A DNA stretch of 64,000 nt from Haemophilus parainfluenzae (GTDB lineage: Bacteria; Pseudomonadota; Gammaproteobacteria; Enterobacterales; Pasteurellaceae), in assembly GCA_018366115.1 (NCBI GenBank), contig JAGZIS010000001.1, forward strand, positions 254,118 to 318,117. The letters are read 5' to 3'. The position numbers were made by a program, and so were the translations under genes. The notes beneath the pieces were generated by a model that worked only from the letters and a program-made list of their open reading frames with translations, was not told the DNA's origin and ran no database searches. Below are positions 21,826 through 32,310 of the stretch, piece by piece; the stretch's first letter is position 1; every line of letters begins with the position of its first letter.

Positions 21826-22936
21826 AATAATTCCTTACAAATTGCGTTAATAAATTTTTCACAGGCTGAGCTAACCCGATCTGTTCAGGTGACGTTGGAT
21901 CATACCAATATTTGACCGCACTTAATAGACCAGATTGAGATTCTTTTCCTTTTTCTGACAATTTTTTCCAATCTGAACGAGCGCTCTCTTCAGATTTTCG
22001 ATCAACTTCAACATAAATGGGATGAATATCTAAGTGAAAATGACTAAACGTATGACGGAAAGTTACCCATTCTTGATACTCGGTAATCCCTTGTTCTTTC
22101 AGATAATTCAGCAATGTTTGTTTATCATCAAACTGAGGAAAACAATACAATCCGCCCCATAAGCCTTTGCTTTCGCGCTGTTCTAGCCAGACTTTCCCTT
22201 GATAAGATAAAATCAAAAAATAGCTTTGTTTTTCTGGCAACAATTTTTTCGGTTTCTTTCCAGGGAATTCTGTCCACTTTTCGAGTTTATTAGCTAAACA
22301 ATCATTATTTAGAGGACAAAGATCGCATTTAGGTTTTGTTCGAGTGCAAATCGCCGAGCCGATATCCATCATCGCTTGATTAAATTCAGCGACTCTCGTG
22401 GTTGGTGTAACCTGTTCACTCAACTGCCATAATTGATTTTCGACTTTCTTTTCGCCAGGCCAACCCTCAACAGCAAAATAACGAGAAAGAACGCGTTTTA
22501 CATTACCATCTAAAATTGGATAAGGTTGATTTTGTACGGAAGATAAAATTGCGCCAGCCGTCGATCGCCCCACGCCTGTTAATGCCCAAACTTGCTCAAA
22601 TTGCGTTGGAAATTCGCCTTGATATTCATCTCTGATGGTTTGAGCGGCTTTATGCAAATTTCTCGCACGGGCGTAATAACCTAGTCCCGTCCATAAATGC
22701 AATACTTCATCTTGCGACGCATTAGCAAGTGCGGTCACATTAGGAAAGGTTTTAATAAATCGCTCAAAATAAGGGATGACTGTGGAAACTTGAGTTTGTT
22801 GTAACATCACTTCGGAAAGCCAAACACCATAAAGGGTTTTATTTTGTTGCCAAGGCAAATTTTTACGCCCAAACTTTTCATACCATTGTAAAACAGAATG
22901 GGCAAAAGGGGCATTCACAGAGGATTGGGCTAACAT
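21818..22936 (-). CDS. mutY: A/G-specific adenine DNA glycosylase.
   Basis: 372 aa with an HhH-GPD domain, a [4Fe-4S] Cys cluster (CxxxxxxCxxCxxxxxC) and a NUDIX-like C-terminus. Confidence 0.9.
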   Translation of the reverse strand: MLAQSSVNAPFAHSVLQWYEKFGRKNLPWQQNKTLYGVWLSEVMLQQTQVSTVIPYFERFIKTFPNVTALANASQDEVLHLWTGLGYYARARNLHKAAQTIRDEYQGEFPTQFEQVWALTGVGRSTAGAILSSVQNQPYPILDGNVKRVLSRYFAVEGWPGEKKVENQLWQLSEQVTPTTRVAEFNQAMMDIGSAICTRTKPKCDLCPLNNDCLANKLEKWTEFPGKKPKKLLPEKQSYFLILSYQGKVWLEQRESKGLWGGLYCFPQFDDKQTLLNYLKEQGITEYQEWVTFRHTFSHFHLDIHPIYVEVDRKSEESARSDWKKLSEKGKESQSGLLSAVKYWYDPTSPEQIGLAQPVKNLLTQFVRNYYG

Positions 22937-23128
22937 AACTTTCCTAAAGTGCGGTCAAAATAAGCAAAAATTTTGTGATGATTCTATCACTAAAGCACAC
23001 CTCTTGATCAATTTGATTTTTTCAGTATAATTCGCAGTCTATTTGGTGCCGGATTGTCGGCGATTATTAACTCACGCGGTGTAAGTGGAGAGCATTTATA
23101 GCGGCGTGGCTTCAATTTGAGGTTTTCT

Positions 23129-23341
23129 ATGAAACAAGGTATTCACCCAGAATATAAAGAGATCACTGCAACTTGTTCTTGCGGTAACGTGATCAAAACT
23201 CGTTCTACTTTAGGCAAAGACATCAACCTTGATGTGTGCGGTAGCTGCCACCCATTCTACACTGGTAAACAACGTGTTGTTGATACTGGTGGTCGTGTTG
23301 AACGCTTTAACAGCCGTTTCAAAATCCCAGGTACAAAATAA
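23129..23341 (+). CDS. rpmE: 50S ribosomal protein L31.
   Basis: [20 protein letters not shown]... A GAGG RBS lies 6 nt upstream. The ORF track begins at the TTG at 23117. Confidence 0.9.
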   Translation: MKQGIHPEYKEITATCSCGNVIKTRSTLGKDINLDVCGSCHPFYTGKQRVVDTGGRVERFNSRFKIPGTK

Positions 23342-23360
23342 TTTGAATCTGTGTGAAGAA

Positions 23361-23385
23361 CCCTGCCTATGCAGGGTTTTTTATT
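23361..23385 (+). terminator. rpmE terminator.
   Basis: CCCTGC-ctat-GCAGGG followed by TTTTTTATT. Confidence 0.8.
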
Positions 23386-23420
23386 ACCTGAAATTCACTA
23401 TTTTCCAAATTCAATCAATA

Positions 23421-23453
23421 AAAAAGTGCGGTCAAAATTGACCGCACTTTTTC
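23421..23453. terminator. Inverted USS pair hairpin (AAAAAGTGCGGTCAAAATTGACCGCACTTTTT).
   Basis: A perfect palindrome of the Hin-type uptake signal sequence. It lies between convergent rpmE and the TonB receptor gene and acts as a bidirectional terminator. Confidence 0.8.
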
Positions 23454-23473
23454 TATCAGTTCTAAATGCTCAA

Positions 23474-25729
23474 TTAAAATGAATATTTTACTGTTGCATA
23501 ATACGCACGACCAGGTTCGTTATAAGTATGAGCATTGTAATTTGTACTGCTTGATGAACGATAAATGCGTTTATCAAATAAGTTACTTACGCCGACACGA
23601 ATGCTGATTGTGTCTTTCCAATTATAACCTGCACTTAATCCCCAAACTGCATAGCCACCAATATCTTCTGAGCCAGCAAGTTGATTAACGTATGTATTGT
23701 TACCATTTTCCATACGGTTTTCCGGATTTTTACGGGATTTTTGTTTACCGTATTGCGTATAAGTTAACATTGCATCCAAACTATCGGTAATTTTATAACT
23801 TAAGCTTGAATTCAAGGTATATTTCGGCACGATAGAAAGCGGGTTACCTGTATCTTTATTTTTGGTTTTATGCATATAAGTGAAGTTATTCACCCAATTT
23901 AATTTATCTTGGATTAGTGGTAATGTCAGATTGCCTTCAAAACCTTCAATCACTGCGCGGTTTGCATTACCCCATTTATACACATAGTTACCTAAGTTAG
24001 TTAAACCGATAAATTCACCATCAGACACGATTTTGTTACGATAGTCATTACGGAAGTAAGCCACAGAAGCAAGAACTCCATTTTTATCATATTCAATTCC
24101 GATTTCTTTATTCCAGCTGGTTTCCGGTTTAATGTCGCTATTACCTTGGAAATAACAAGTTTTATTATTTGGTACATTCGTTGGACAACCTTGACCTAAG
24201 GTAAATAGCAAGTAATTTGGGTTAGTTTGATAAAGGTTCGGTGCTTTATAAGCTCTTGCAATCCCACCTTTAATTCTCCAATCATCGTTGAGGCTTTGTA
24301 AGAAGTTTAATCCACCGCTTACATTAGAACCAGAATAACTGTTGTAATCATAACGTAAAGATGGCGTTAGGATAGTAGATTGGGTTGCTGAAATATTATC
24401 TTCAATAAATACTGCCCATTCCGTTTGGCTACTATGACCTCCTCGTACATTTGAGATGCCGGTTGGTAGGCGTTCTTTCAAATCATAAAGCACCTTCCCT
24501 GTTTTTTTATCTCGTCGTCCACCAAGTAACTGTGTCATAGAAGCGTCATCATCTAAACTGCTATGTGCACCTTCAAAACCAACTGTCAGCATATGATCTA
24601 CGCCCAAGGTAAATGGGATATAGAATTCAGAACTAAGGCGTGTATTTTTAAGAATGGAATCACTAAAGGCTGATGTGCTCGAATAGCTGCCCTCTGGACC
24701 ACCTGCTAAGTATTCTGGTAAACGGCTGTTTTTCGTTTTATCAAAAGTAATATAGGTTTTATTGTCAAAATGATCGAATTTACCCTCGTAGGTTAAAGCA
24801 TAGTTTTGACGATACAAACGAGCAGTTTCAGCTTTGCTTCCTGCCAAGGTTTTAGTTTCAGGATAATTTTTATTATTGTAAAGCCCTGCTGAGCTATTTT
24901 GTGTATCACCGTTATAAATATTACCTTGACGGCTAAAACCAGAATCTAAGGTTAATTTATTTTTCTCATTGATATTCCACACTAAACGGCCATTAATATC
25001 TTTATTACGTACACCTTCACGACCGGCAATAGCAGGATCGCCATTAATACCGACTTCATCCGCTTGCGTTTTGTTCCAGTTACCATATAAACGGAATTGC
25101 AATATGTCTTTAATTAACGCTCCGCTTAGATTAAAACCGACACGGTTCGTTGCGCCTTCATCGCTATCTTCTGGTTGGTTGGTGTAATAACTTAAGCTCC
25201 CGTGTAAATCATTGGTAACAGGTTTAGTAATAATATTAACCACCCCACCCATTGCACCTGAGCCATAACGTGCAGCTGAAGGACCACGTAATACTTCAAT
25301 TTTTTCAATCGCTTCAACTGGTACCCAGTTGCTGTCGCCACGAGAGTTACGTTCACCACGTACACCATAACGTTCTGCATTACGAGAGGTGACTGGTTTA
25401 CCATCCACTAAAATCAATGTATTTTCTGGTCCCATACCACGAATATCAATTTGACGTTTATTTCCGCGTTGTCCTGTAGATGAGTTACCCGTCAAATTCA
25501 CACCTGGCATGGTACGTAATACTTCAGAAATATCATTTGTCGCTGGGCGTTTTTCTAAATCTTTTGCTGTCACAAGAGAAGAGCCAAGTGATTGTTTTAC
25601 CTGATCTTCCGCAGTAACTTTAATTTCCTCAAGTTTCTCTTCTGCATAAGAATAGTTTGAAAAAAGCGCGATGGTTAACGCACTTAATGCGAAGAATGAT
25701 GTTGTTTTTAAATGATTGGATTTATACAT
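23474..25729 (-). CDS. TonB-dependent outer-membrane receptor (FepA/CirA-like, iron/siderophore or heme type).
   Basis: Start chosen at MYKSNHLKTTSFFALSALTIALFSNYSYA (signal peptide) with an AGGAG RBS. A TonB box/plug (IDIRGMGPENTLILVDGKPV) and a C-terminal ...YYATVKYSF (terminal Phe) are present. The ORF track extends to 25807. Confidence 0.85.
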   Translation of the reverse strand: MYKSNHLKTTSFFALSALTIALFSNYSYAEEKLEEIKVTAEDQVKQSLGSSLVTAKDLEKRPATNDISEVLRTMPGVNLTGNSSTGQRGNKRQIDIRGMGPENTLILVDGKPVTSRNAERYGVRGERNSRGDSNWVPVEAIEKIEVLRGPSAARYGSGAMGGVVNIITKPVTNDLHGSLSYYTNQPEDSDEGATNRVGFNLSGALIKDILQFRLYGNWNKTQADEVGINGDPAIAGREGVRNKDINGRLVWNINEKNKLTLDSGFSRQGNIYNGDTQNSSAGLYNNKNYPETKTLAGSKAETARLYRQNYALTYEGKFDHFDNKTYITFDKTKNSRLPEYLAGGPEGSYSSTSAFSDSILKNTRLSSEFYIPFTLGVDHMLTVGFEGAHSSLDDDASMTQLLGGRRDKKTGKVLYDLKERLPTGISNVRGGHSSQTEWAVFIEDNISATQSTILTPSLRYDYNSYSGSNVSGGLNFLQSLNDDWRIKGGIARAYKAPNLYQTNPNYLLFTLGQGCPTNVPNNKTCYFQGNSDIKPETSWNKEIGIEYDKNGVLASVAYFRNDYRNKIVSDGEFIGLTNLGNYVYKWGNANRAVIEGFEGNLTLPLIQDKLNWVNNFTYMHKTKNKDTGNPLSIVPKYTLNSSLSYKITDSLDAMLTYTQYGKQKSRKNPENRMENGNNTYVNQLAGSEDIGGYAVWGLSAGYNWKDTISIRVGVSNLFDKRIYRSSSSTNYNAHTYNEPGRAYYATVKYSF

Positions 25730-25799
25730 TGAAATGCTCTCCTGGCATATGTGGAATAAATAATGTCCGAGAATTCTAGTACAATATAATTTTGGTGTA

Positions 25800-25820
25800 A
25801 ATAACAATTCTTATCATTTT
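25800..25820 (-). promoter_or_regulatory. Putative Fur box upstream of the TonB-dependent receptor.
   Basis: The minus-strand sequence AAATGATAAGAATTGTTAT contains the AATGATAA core of the Fur consensus GATAATGATAATCATTATC, about 70-90 nt upstream of the receptor start. Confidence 0.35.
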
Positions 25821-25925
25821 TATTGAATTTAAATAAAATACCTAATTTTTTAACCGCACTTTCTTGCAATCCCAATAAATTCTAGTATTATTCACGGCTC
25901 GCCAATTTGGCGGATTTATTTCTCA

Positions 25926-25964
25926 TGTCGGGTTCCCTACCCCCGATTAACCAACTAAAAAGGT
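25926..25964 (+). ncRNA. preQ1-I riboswitch aptamer (translation-controlling).
   Basis: UCGGG-UUCCCUACC-CCCGA-UUAACCAACUAAAAAGG mirrors the T. tengcongensis aptamer CUGGG-UCGCAGUAAC-CCCAG-UUAACAAAACAAGG: a 5-bp G/C stem, a C-rich loop, and an A-rich tail ending in the AAGG Shine-Dalgarno 7 nt before the yhhQ ATG. Confidence 0.7.
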
Positions 25965-25970
25965 CTTAAA

Positions 25971-26678
25971 ATGAAAATTAATACTCCGATCTTCAATGAT
26001 CAACAAAAACGTTTTGCTTTAATTTTATTAAGCTTATTTCATATCTTCATCATCACAGCCAGTAACTATTTTGTTCAAATTCCCTTTGAAATCAATTTAA
26101 AATTGACCGCACTTGGCTTTGCTGATGATTTTTCCTTCCACAGCACATGGGGCACACTCACTTTCCCATTCATTTTCTTAGCCACTGATTTAACGGTACG
26201 TGTATTTGGGGCAAAAGAAGCTCGTTGGATCATCTTTATCGTGATGCTCCCTGCGCTTATCGTGAGTTACATTGTTTCGGTTGTTTTTTCTGATGGACAA
26301 TATCAAGGCTTAGGTGCATTAAGTGAATTCAATATGTTTGTTTTCCGTATTGCGTTCGCCAGCTTCTGTGCTTATGTTTTCGGACAATTATTAGATGTGC
26401 TAGTATTCAACCGCTTACGTCAATTAAAAACTTGGTGGATTGCTCCGAGCAGCTCAATGACATTTGGTTCCCTTGCGGATACTTTTATGTTCTTTTGTGT
26501 CGCGTTTTATAAAAGTAGTGATCCATTTATGGCAGAACATTGGTTTAGCCTTGGATTCGTCGATTACTTATTTAAATTATTTGTCGGTATTATCTTGTTT
26601 GTTCCCGCTTATGGTGTGGTACTCAGCATGATTTTGCGTAAACTCCAATCTCTTGCAAACTCTCGTCAGTTTGCTTAA
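25971..26678 (+). CDS. yhhQ: Queuosine-precursor (preQ0/preQ1) transporter, YhhQ/Vut_1 (DUF165) family.
   Basis: 235 aa with about 6 TM helices and a YhhQ-like pattern. Its position directly downstream of a preQ1 riboswitch supports the call. Confidence 0.8.
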   Translation: MKINTPIFNDQQKRFALILLSLFHIFIITASNYFVQIPFEINLKLTALGFADDFSFHSTWGTLTFPFIFLATDLTVRVFGAKEARWIIFIVMLPALIVSYIVSVVFSDGQYQGLGALSEFNMFVFRIAFASFCAYVFGQLLDVLVFNRLRQLKTWWIAPSSSMTFGSLADTFMFFCVAFYKSSDPFMAEHWFSLGFVDYLFKLFVGIILFVPAYGVVLSMILRKLQSLANSRQFA

Positions 26679-26692
26679 CTTAAGGAAATAAA

Positions 26693-28009
26693 ATGACTGA
26701 AACCCTTTCTCTTAGAGCCAAAATAGAACAAAGCCCAATGGGGGCTTATCAATGGATGATTGTGGTCATGGCTGCCATCATGAATTTACTTGACGGCTTC
26801 GATGTATTAGCCCTTGCCTTCACGGCAACAGCCATTCGTGGCGAATTTGGTCTCACGGGGATTGAGTTAGGTTATTTATTAAGTGCCGGCTTATTTGGCA
26901 TGACCGCTGGCTCACTTTTCCTCGCACCACTTGCAGATAAAATTGGTCGTCGCCCATTGTTATTAATGGCAGTATCACTCTCCGCTATCGGAATGTTAGG
27001 ATCGGCGTTTATTTCACAATATCAATGGCTTGGTTTCTGGCGCGTTATCACCGGCCTTGGTGTTGGCGGGATTTTAGTAGGCACAAACGTGATCACCAGC
27101 GAATATTCCTCTCGCAAATGGCGTAGCTTCGCGATCAGTGTCTATGCGGCAGGTTTTGGTATCGGTGCAGTATTAGGCGGTATGTTCGCTGTGATGTTGC
27201 AAGGTGAATATGGCTGGCGTTCAGTGTTCCTAGCAGGGGCTATCTTGACCGGTTTACTTTTAGTGGTGTTATTTATTTGGTTACCGGAATCCATTGATTT
27301 CCTCACCTCCAAACAACCTAAAAATGCAGAGGTGCGGTTAAATTTAATCGCAAAAAAAATTGGTTTAGCCGGTGATTGGAAACTTCCAGAAAAAATGGAA
27401 AAAGTTAAGACTAAATTACCTATTAGCCAATTATTCAGCGAAAAATACTTACACTCCACTCTGTTAATTTGGACGGCTTTCTTTGCGATCATGTTCAGCT
27501 TCTATTTTATTAGCTCATGGACACCAGCCTTATTAAAAGAAGCCGGCATGACGACAGAGCAAAGTGTAAGCGTTGGAATGATGATCTCATTAGGGGGCAC
27601 TTGTGGTGCCTTAATCTATGGCTTACTGGCAAGCCGTTGGACAGCACGAGGCGTGTTAATTTTATTCACTGTCTTATCTTCTGCAGCAATCATTACCTTT
27701 ATCTTATCCTCGTCCGTTTTATGGATTGCAATGGTATTCGGTATTTTAGTTGGTGCACTCATGAATGGCTGCATCAGCGGTCTTTATACCTTAAATCCCC
27801 TTACTTATGATGCCGATATTCGTAGCACTGGTGTGGGTTGGTCGATTGGTATCGGTCGTATTGGTGCAATTCTTGCCCCTACGATTGCCGGTCAATTATT
27901 AGATATGGGCTGGGACAAACAGAGTTTATATGTTGGCGTTGGCTTCGTTATGCTGATCTCAACAGTCGCACTCTTTTTCTTAAAAAGCCGCTCAGAAATT
28001 AAAGCATAA
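26693..28009 (+). CDS. MFS transporter, aromatic acid:H+ symporter (AAHS)-like.
   Basis: 438 aa with 12 TM helices. It has an LDGFD motif in TM1 and the MFS motif LADKIGRRPLLL, an AAGGAAA RBS, and starts 14 nt after yhhQ, so it is probably co-transcribed. Confidence 0.85.
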   Translation: MTETLSLRAKIEQSPMGAYQWMIVVMAAIMNLLDGFDVLALAFTATAIRGEFGLTGIELGYLLSAGLFGMTAGSLFLAPLADKIGRRPLLLMAVSLSAIGMLGSAFISQYQWLGFWRVITGLGVGGILVGTNVITSEYSSRKWRSFAISVYAAGFGIGAVLGGMFAVMLQGEYGWRSVFLAGAILTGLLLVVLFIWLPESIDFLTSKQPKNAEVRLNLIAKKIGLAGDWKLPEKMEKVKTKLPISQLFSEKYLHSTLLIWTAFFAIMFSFYFISSWTPALLKEAGMTTEQSVSVGMMISLGGTCGALIYGLLASRWTARGVLILFTVLSSAAIITFILSSSVLWIAMVFGILVGALMNGCISGLYTLNPLTYDADIRSTGVGWSIGIGRIGAILAPTIAGQLLDMGWDKQSLYVGVGFVMLISTVALFFLKSRSEIKA

Positions 28010-28030
28010 TCTTAAAAAAAATATAGCAAA

Positions 28031-28056
28031 AGGCGTGATAAACACGCCTTTTTTAT
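28031..28056 (+). terminator. Terminator after the MFS gene.
   Basis: AGGCGTG-ataaa-CACGCCT followed by TTTTTTATT. Confidence 0.8.
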
Positions 28057-28231
28057 TGCCTTAATAAAGTTCTCATCCCTAGTCTTCAGATCAGAAAGAT
28101 TCTCAAGTTATTTTATGTAACATTTTCTTCTAAAAATCCTTTGTTATCCATCTTGAATTTCAACGCATTATGGTGTTAAATCAGCACACATTATAAGGTT
28201 ATAAAAATATAAAAATAAGTTGTAGGAATTT

Positions 28232-29059
28232 ATGTGCCAATTACTCGGAATGAACTGCAATACGCCGACGGATATTGTCTTTTCTTTTGAAGGTTTCCGT
28301 CGTCGTGCTGGTCTTACTGATTGCCATTCAGATGGCTTCGGTATTGCTTTTTTTGAAGGTCGTGGAGTGCGTATTTTTCGCGATAACCACGCAGCATCAC
28401 AATCCCCTATTGCAGATTGTGTAAAACAATACAAAATTAAATCACTCAATGTGATTGCTCACATTCGTAAAGCAACGCAAGGCGGTGTAACCATTGAAAA
28501 CACCCACCCCTTTATTCGTGAAATTTGGGGACAAAACTGGGTGTTTGCTCACAACGGTAATTTAAAAGACTTGCCGGATATGTCTGAGAGTTTCTGCCAA
28601 CCGATTGGCTCAACTGATTCAGAAACGGCATTTTGTTATATGGCGGAATATTTGAAAAATCGCTTCCGTCGTAAACCGTCTGAAATGGAAATTTTTGAAG
28701 CCATTCAAGACATTACCAGAGAGCTCTCAAAAAAAGGCACCTTTAATTTCATTCTTTCAAACGGAGAATGGATGATCGCCCACTGCTCAACCAATTTGCA
28801 TTACTTAACGCGCAAAGCTCCTTTTGGTAAAGCTCACCGCATTGATGATGATGGTGTCATTGATTTTAATGATTATGCAAAAGATGGCGACAAAGTCACC
28901 ATCATTACGACGTTCCCTCTCACCAAAGATGAGCCTTGGGTCAAAATGGAACATGGTGGTTTCGTCTTCTTCAAAGAAGGAGATAAAATTGCTGAGGTAG
29001 TAGGCGTGGCAAAAGAAATGGAAGATGACGGTACATTAGGCAATCGTGCAGCAGCCTGA
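28232..29059 (+). CDS. yafJ: Class II (Ntn) glutamine amidotransferase, YafJ-like.
   Basis: 275 aa beginning MCQLLGMNCNTP, with the catalytic Cys at position 2 typical of Ntn-type GATases. Confidence 0.85.
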   Translation: MCQLLGMNCNTPTDIVFSFEGFRRRAGLTDCHSDGFGIAFFEGRGVRIFRDNHAASQSPIADCVKQYKIKSLNVIAHIRKATQGGVTIENTHPFIREIWGQNWVFAHNGNLKDLPDMSESFCQPIGSTDSETAFCYMAEYLKNRFRRKPSEMEIFEAIQDITRELSKKGTFNFILSNGEWMIAHCSTNLHYLTRKAPFGKAHRIDDDGVIDFNDYAKDGDKVTIITTFPLTKDEPWVKMEHGGFVFFKEGDKIAEVVGVAKEMEDDGTLGNRAAA

Positions 29060-29074
29060 TAACAAATCAAAATA

Positions 29075-29118
29075 AAAAGTGCGGTCAAAAACATCAGAGA
29101 TTTTGACCGCACTTTTTT
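29075..29118. terminator. USS inverted-pair hairpin between convergent yafJ and gor.
   Basis: AAAAAGTGCGGTCAAAAA...TTTTGACCGCACTTTTTT. Confidence 0.8.
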
Positions 29119-29126
29119 ATCTACAA

Positions 29127-30497
29127 TTAACGCATTGTGACAAATTCTTCTGAACCTGTTGGGTGAATCGCCACTGTATTATCAAAGTCTGCTTTGGTTG
29201 CACCCATTTTGATTGCCACAGCAAAACCTTGAATCATTTCATCCACACCAAAACCAATGCCGTGTAAGCCCACGATTTTCTCTTCTTTGCCAACGCACAC
29301 TAATTTCATCCGGCAAGGCTGGCGATGTTCAGTGACAGCGGTATACATTGCCGTGAAAGAGGACTTATACACTTTCACATTTTCTTCACCATATTGCTCA
29401 ATCGCTTGTGGTTCAGTTAAACCGACTGTACCAATTGGCGGATGGCTAAACACGACAGTTGGCACAAGATTGTAATCTAAATGCTCATTCGGTTTGTTAT
29501 TGAATAAACGCTCGGATAAACGACGACCTGCCGCCACGGCAACTGGTGTTAATTCAATACCACCTTCGATAATATCACCCACAGCATAAATGCCAGGTAC
29601 GTTTGTATTTTGATATTTATCGACAATAATTTGTCCGCGTGAATTGGTTTTCACACCGGTTACTTCAAGATTAATCACATCCGTTGCTGGTTCACGACCG
29701 ATTGCCCAAATTAACGTATCCACTGTGGTTTTACGGCCATCTTGTAATTTCAAGGTAAGTGAACCATCCGTATTTTTCACTACTTCTTCAGGCAACGCTT
29801 TGGTGTGCAGTTGGATACCATCTTGTGCTAACACTTCAACTAAAGTCTCGACAATCAATGGATCTTGATTACGCAATGGGGCATGTTGGCGTACAAACAA
29901 ATGTGTTTCGCTGCCTAAGCTATTTAAAACACCCGCTAATTCAACAGCAATATACCCTGCGCCTACTACTGCGACACGTTTTGGTAACTCATTTAAAGCA
30001 AACACACCATTTGAATCAATCCCGTATTCTGCGCCTTTTACCGCTGGAATACTTGGACGACCACCCGTAGCAATTAAGATATGATCTGCAGTCACTAATT
30101 CTGTTGAACCATCTGCATAGCTCACTTCAATCGTTTTCGTATCTTTAAAACGTGCAAAACCATTAAGCACATCGACATTATTTTTCGCTAATACATTATT
30201 GTAAGAGGTATGAATACGACCGATGTAAGCTTGACGACTTTCGACTAATTTCGCGTAATCAAACTTTTTCACTTCTACATCAAAACCATAAGCCGGCGCA
30301 TAACTATTAATCGCTTCTGCAATTTGAGCACCATAAAACATCACTTTTTTCGGTACACAACCCACATTTACACAAGTACCACCGAGATGTTTTGCTTCAA
30401 TAATCGCACATTTTTTGCCGTAGCTTGCCGCACGGTTAATTGAGGCTATCCCGCCGGAACCACCACCGATAGCAATATAATCATAATGTTTAGTCAT
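29127..30497 (-). CDS. gor: Glutathione reductase.
   Basis: 456 aa. Present are the FAD site (GGGSGG), the redox-active [13 protein letters not shown], and the C-terminal HPT...E dimerisation motif. Confidence 0.95.
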   Translation of the reverse strand: MTKHYDYIAIGGGSGGIASINRAASYGKKCAIIEAKHLGGTCVNVGCVPKKVMFYGAQIAEAINSYAPAYGFDVEVKKFDYAKLVESRQAYIGRIHTSYNNVLAKNNVDVLNGFARFKDTKTIEVSYADGSTELVTADHILIATGGRPSIPAVKGAEYGIDSNGVFALNELPKRVAVVGAGYIAVELAGVLNSLGSETHLFVRQHAPLRNQDPLIVETLVEVLAQDGIQLHTKALPEEVVKNTDGSLTLKLQDGRKTTVDTLIWAIGREPATDVINLEVTGVKTNSRGQIIVDKYQNTNVPGIYAVGDIIEGGIELTPVAVAAGRRLSERLFNNKPNEHLDYNLVPTVVFSHPPIGTVGLTEPQAIEQYGEENVKVYKSSFTAMYTAVTEHRQPCRMKLVCVGKEEKIVGLHGIGFGVDEMIQGFAVAIKMGATKADFDNTVAIHPTGSEEFVTMR

Positions 30498-30729
30498 TGT
30501 AATGATCCTTTTTTTACTTACTAGAATTTTCTCCTATTTTGCCTAAAACTAAAGAAGAAAGCTATAAATTGATTTAATTGGGATTGTCTATATGAAAAGA
30601 AAGATCCTCATTTTCAGCATAAATATCAACATACAAAGTAGATTTTCGTTATAATGCCAGCTTACCTCCAGCAAAAAACAAGCATAAATCATCTTAAAAA
30701 CTAATCAGCTTACCAAAGGAAAAACCGAT

Positions 30730-31149
30730 ATGGCAATCTGGAAAAAAGCATTCACACTTAAGCAGCTCAATGAAATGGGAAAACATTGTGCCGTTGGGCA
30801 TTTGGGGATTGAGATTTCGGCTTATGGAGAAAACTGGATTGAAGCAAAAATGCCCGTTGATCATCGCACTACTCAACCTTTTGGCTTATTACATGGTGGT
30901 GTGTCTGTTGCTTTGGCTGAAACTATTGGTTCATTAGCGGGATTTCTCTGTATAGAAGAAGGTCAATCTGCCTTAGGATTAGATATCAACGCCAATCACC
31001 TTCGCCCAGTAAAACAAGGCGTTGTGATCGCTAAGGCAATGCCTATCAGTTTAAGTAAAAATATCCATGTCTGGCAAATTGACATTCGTGATGAACAAGA
31101 TAAACTCTGCTGCGTTTCTCGATTAACGCTTTCTATCAAATATTTATGA
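30730..31149 (+). CDS. Hotdog-fold thioesterase, PaaI/YdiI (MenI) family.
   Basis: 139 aa. The pattern resembles 1,4-dihydroxy-2-naphthoyl-CoA hydrolase / EntH-type thioesterases (HGG motif: [12 protein letters not shown]). Confidence 0.8.
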   Translation: MAIWKKAFTLKQLNEMGKHCAVGHLGIEISAYGENWIEAKMPVDHRTTQPFGLLHGGVSVALAETIGSLAGFLCIEEGQSALGLDINANHLRPVKQGVVIAKAMPISLSKNIHVWQIDIRDEQDKLCCVSRLTLSIKYL

Positions 31150-32117
31150 CTATAACTCAAAAAATTGGCATCATTTTAGCAAACCTTGGTACGCCTGATG
31201 CCCCGCAACCCGCTGCGATCTCCCGTTATCTGGCCGATTTTTTAATGGATCCCCGTGTGGTCGATTTACCTCGTTGGAAATGGTATCCCCTTTTAAAAGC
31301 CATTATTTTACCTATGCGTTCTAAACGCATTGCACAAAATTATCAATCTATTTGGACAGAACAAGGTTCTCCCCTGCTTGCGATTACAAAGCAACAACAA
31401 GCCGGTTTACAAGCTTATTTAAATGAAAAAGGCATCAATGCACAGGTCGAAATTGCTATGACTTACGGCAATCCATCGATGCAAAGTGCGGTCAAAAATT
31501 TACTTAAAAATGACGTGGAACGCATAATTGTGTTGCCACTTTACCCGCAATATTCCAGCACAACAACCGGTGCATTGATTGATGCGTTCAATCGTGCCAT
31601 TGCACAAGAACGTAATATTGTGCCTTTTGAGTTTATTCATTCCTATCATCTTAATGAAAACTACATTAATGCCTTAGTGGATTCGATTAAAGTGCGGTTA
31701 AAACCGGATGAGTTTTTGCTTTTTTCTTATCATGGCATTCCATTGCGTTATGAGAATATGGGCGATTATTATCGCCAGCACTGTAAACAAACCACGATTG
31801 CGATTGTGGATAAACTTGGCTTAACAGAAAACCAATGGAATATGACATTCCAATCACGCTTTGGGCGTGAAGAATGGTTACAACCTTATACGGATCACTT
31901 TTTAGAAGAAGCGGCTTCTCAAGGCATTCAGAAAATAGCTGTGATCTGCCCGGGCTTTTCGGTGGATTGCTTAGAAACCTTAGAAGAAATAGAGGTTGAA
32001 AATAAAGAGAAATTCTTGACACATGGCGGCGTTTCTTATCACTACATCCCTGCATTAAATGCAGAAAAAGCCCATATTGAAATGATGGGAGAATTGATTT
32101 TGGATAAGTTGCAGTAG
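31146..32117 (+). CDS. hemH: Ferrochelatase.
   Basis: 323 aa. The N-terminus begins [14 protein letters not shown]. The gene overlaps the preceding gene by 4 nt. Confidence 0.95.
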   Translation: MTITQKIGIILANLGTPDAPQPAAISRYLADFLMDPRVVDLPRWKWYPLLKAIILPMRSKRIAQNYQSIWTEQGSPLLAITKQQQAGLQAYLNEKGINAQVEIAMTYGNPSMQSAVKNLLKNDVERIIVLPLYPQYSSTTTGALIDAFNRAIAQERNIVPFEFIHSYHLNENYINALVDSIKVRLKPDEFLLFSYHGIPLRYENMGDYYRQHCKQTTIAIVDKLGLTENQWNMTFQSRFGREEWLQPYTDHFLEEAASQGIQKIAVICPGFSVDCLETLEEIEVENKEKFLTHGGVSYHYIPALNAEKAHIEMMGELILDKLQ

Positions 32118-32133
32118 TAAATCTCCTTTAATT

Positions 32134-32170
32134 AAATCTCCCCCTAGCCCCCTCTTTACTAAAGAGGGGG
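32134..32170. repeat. Palindromic intergenic repeat unit, copy C (AAATCTCCCC-CTAG-CCCCCTCTTTACTAAAGAGGGGG).
   Basis: Same family as 490..524 and 568..601. Confidence 0.7.
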
Positions 32171-32190
32171 TATTTTATTGGCAAATAAAT

Positions 32191-32218
32191 GCTCTATGTT
32201 CTATGCTCTATGCTCTTA
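32191..32218. repeat. Heptanucleotide tandem repeat (GCTCTAT-like) x4 between the palindromic units.
   Basis: GCTCTATGTTCTATGCTCTATGCTCTTA: four near-identical 7-mers. Confidence 0.6.
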
Positions 32219-32266
32219 GTCCTCTCAAATACTCCCATAAAATATTAAAAGTAACTCATAAAAAAG

Positions 32267-32299
32267 CCCCTCTTTTGTAAAGAGGGGTTGGGGAGATTT
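32267..32299. repeat. Palindromic intergenic repeat unit, copy D (CCCCTCTTTTGTAAAGAGGGG-TT-GGGGAGATTT).
   Basis: It is in inverted orientation relative to copy C. The C and D pair flanks about 96 bp. Confidence 0.7.
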
Positions 32300-32310
32300 A
32301 AAAAGATAAA

